A DNA stretch of 60,929 nt, counting the filler. It is 4 parts of 4 records of this genome, joined end to end, with 100 filler letters (N's around TTAATTAATTAA, not from the genome) between each part and the next. Parts side by side here need not be neighbours in the genome. Positions count along the whole stretch, not along the records: positions 47,028 to 60,929 come from SRR31156797_1597; 3 more parts are not named here. The stretch is one strand, 5' to 3'. The notes beneath the pieces are model-generated. The model was not told the origin of the DNA, searched no databases, and saw nothing but the letters and a program-made list of their open reading frames with translations. Shown here piece by piece: positions 59,034 to 60,929 of this stretch. Made by a program: the position numbers and the translations under genes. Position 1 is the first letter of the stretch, and the number at the start of each line of letters is the position of its first letter.

Positions 59034-60623
59034 TCAGCCGAATCGGTTCATGATGTATTCGGTCATCTCACTGAGGCTGGATATCTGGCGGGAAGAGTTT
59101 CCCGAGCGTACGAAGAACTTCTCCGTCTTCCCGCTCCCCTTTTCGTTGGAGACCAGGAAGAGGGGCTCGTCGCCCTTGCGGATCTGCACCCGGCAGATCT
59201 CCCGGCCTTCCAGCGCTGGGAAGTCTATCTTGATATGGCTGACGGGATAGGCCACACCGAACATATTGGACAGCAGGGTTCTCAGATGGAGCTCGTAGAA
59301 GTCCGTTCCCCCCTCCTTGAGGCAGCCGTAGTCCTTCTCAAGGCCCAGAATGCCTCCGTCGTCCCGCACCCCGATGAGAAGGGTGCCCCCGTCGCTGTTG
59401 CTGAAGGCCGACACCGACTTCATGATGACCTGCTCCAGGGCCCGGTTGGCCTTTTCCTCTCTGTGATCCCATCTCAGGGAGGACTTGAACTCGCAGTAGA
59501 GATTCTCTCCCAGGGCGATCATACGCCGGACCTTGTCCTCCTCCGTTTCGGTCAGATAGCGGTGGAGAGCAGTTCGGTAATCGCTGATGAGGAAGAAGAA
59601 ATAGAATCCCGCCACGAGGAGCAGCACCAGTCCCAGAACAAGGGCGGGATTGCGGAGCCTGGAGATCAGGAGGGAGTCCTCGGGCGTGTAGCTTCCTATG
59701 ACAAGGGAGGAATCCTGGAATTCGACGGTGGAGAACTGGGTCCACCAGTCCCGGTCGGCCGCATGGATCCTGGCGATGCCGTTGTCGGGGAAGGCTTCCT
59801 TCTCCCGGTAGACGGAAATGGCCTCGATGACCTCCCTGTTCAGGGCCTCGTCGCCTCCGGAGAAGCCGTTCTCGTTTCCGTGAGACAGGATGTCCCTTAT
59901 CCTGTAGCTGACGAATTCGTCATCCTTCGGGAGGATATAGACCACAGAATCGTCGCTGAGGGTCCGGTCGCTCACCATCATGGCCAGATGCTTCAGGGAG
60001 AGGTCGAGCCAGAGGCTGAGGACGCTCTGGTCATCCCCGTAAAGCCGCATGGAAAGGGTGATTCCCAGCTCCCCGTTCTCAGGGATCACATAGGGGCGGC
60101 TGAGCCGCAGGGCGCTCTGTTCTTCCCGTCCCTCCCTGTTCAACGGGCTGTGCAGGGCCATGTAATCTATCCCCGCCTCCTCCCTGTCCCGGTTCAGGGA
60201 ACCCTCTCCTGCGGCTAGGCGCGAGCCGATTCGCCCGCCCCTTTCCTTGAAGACGTCAATCTCGCCGCCCCTTTCGTCTTTGACGGTCATCCCCTCGATA
60301 AGGGGCATGTCCGCGATGAGAGCCTCCATTTCCCGGGCAAAGCTCTCCGCATCGTCTATATGGGTGATCTCTGCGGCGCCGACCCAGAAAGACGAAAGCC
60401 TGAAGGCGTTGATCATGGGCTCGTACAGGTCCGAAGCGGGATTGCGCTTCACCTCTGTGGAGTTGCGGTAGAGCATCTCGTTCAGCTGGAGGCGGCTGTT
60501 CCCGTTGATGATTGCCATCGAGAGGAAAAGGGCCAAAAGGAGTATGACCGCGGGGATGCTGCTCTTCAGCAGCAGCTGCCCCCGGGTGATCTGTTTGCGC
60601 CATTTAAAGCGTATTCTGCTCAT
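59034..60623 (-). CDS. two-TM protein with extracytoplasmic Cache-like domain and C-terminal Schlafen/AlbA_2 domain
   Basis: TM1 (IPAVILLLALFLSMAII), Cache-like PY...GITLS...LWLDLSL, TM2 (LVLGLVLLLVAGFYFFFLI), AlbA_2 GENLYCEFKSS, AFSNSDGGTLLIGV.DDG and FVRSG. Confidence 0.82.
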   Translation of the reverse strand: MSRIRFKWRKQITRGQLLLKSSIPAVILLLALFLSMAIINGNSRLQLNEMLYRNSTEVKRNPASDLYEPMINAFRLSSFWVGAAEITHIDDAESFAREMEALIADMPLIEGMTVKDERGGEIDVFKERGGRIGSRLAAGEGSLNRDREEAGIDYMALHSPLNREGREEQSALRLSRPYVIPENGELGITLSMRLYGDDQSVLSLWLDLSLKHLAMMVSDRTLSDDSVVYILPKDDEFVSYRIRDILSHGNENGFSGGDEALNREVIEAISVYREKEAFPDNGIARIHAADRDWWTQFSTVEFQDSSLVIGSYTPEDSLLISRLRNPALVLGLVLLLVAGFYFFFLISDYRTALHRYLTETEEDKVRRMIALGENLYCEFKSSLRWDHREEKANRALEQVIMKSVSAFSNSDGGTLLIGVRDDGGILGLEKDYGCLKEGGTDFYELHLRTLLSNMFGVAYPVSHIKIDFPALEGREICRVQIRKGDEPLFLVSNEKGSGKTEKFFVRSGNSSRQISSLSEMTEYIMNRFG

Positions 60624-60641
60624 GATTTCATCCTCCGGATC

Positions 60642-60929
60642 TCAGGCGATATAGTGTTCGGGGCGGACCATATCCTCTTCCGGGTGGATCACGTCCTTTA
60701 CCGGTGAGGCCTGGTTCATATCCAGGGCGAGTATGGTGGCCGGGTGAAGATAGGGCGGCGCCCAGAGGCGGGATACGGGCCTCGATTCCAGGATCTTGAG
60801 GATCATCTTGATGATAACCGTATGGGTGATAACCAGGCAGGGCCCGGTCTGTTGTCTCAGATCCTCGATGAAGCCCCGGATCCGCTCCTCCAGATCCTCC
60901 ATGCTCTCGCCCTCGGGGATGCGGCAGTT
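60642..60929 (-). CDS. histidine phosphatase family protein (partial; 5' end off the window)
   Basis: PEGESM.DL..R and LVITH...I motif. Confidence 0.75.
   Translation of the reverse strand, partial: NCRIPEGESMEDLEERIRGFIEDLRQQTGPCLVITHTVIIKMILKILESRPVSRLWAPPYLHPATILALDMNQASPVKDVIHPEEDMVRPEHYIA

Noticed and set aside
57855-60218. 348-aa and 414-aa plus-strand ORFs
   Set aside because: Antisense shadows of the outer-membrane and Cache-AlbA_2 genes.

Overview
The window is not one continuous locus. It is four contigs joined by 100-bp artificial linkers (44 N + TTAATTAATTAA + 44 N at 14799-14898, 36820-36919 and 46928-47027), and composition and gene content suggest different organisms. (1) 1-14798, Desulfobacterota-like sulfate reducer: an AT-rich glycosyltransferase cluster, a DegT aminotransferase, a SEC-C protein, a small Cys-rich protein, and aprA(partial)-qmoA-qmoB-hdrC-hdrB with no qmoC. 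(2) 14899-36819, very AT-rich and Campylobacterota-like: helicase end, ogt, GNAT, pxpABC and an HhH-GPD glycosylase. These are followed by a defence/accessory island: DUF1016 remnant, a 1822-aa nuclease-STAND (Avs-like) gene coupled to a Fic gene, a 3x40-bp palindromic array, a stand-alone phage-type family B DNA polymerase, two divergent toxin-antitoxin pairs and an Mrr-nSTAND3 gene. Housekeeping genes then resume. (3) 36920-46927: a divergent catabolic cluster (TRAP transporter, double MaoC, CoA-transferase-like pair lacking the usual catalytic Glu, epimerase, enolase-superfamily enzyme; CaiB and W-AOR on the other strand) with mirrored LacI-type operators. (4) 47028-60929, GC-rich and spirochaete-like: GH2/AraC, MarR with an ABC pair, LemA/TPM, NUDIX, chromate transporters, a putative outer-membrane protein, and a membrane Cache-like sensor fused to a Schlafen/AlbA_2 domain. 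The best candidates for undescribed biology are the Avs-Fic-repeat-PolB module and the Cache-Schlafen receptor. All calls come from reading motifs by eye; no database searches were run.
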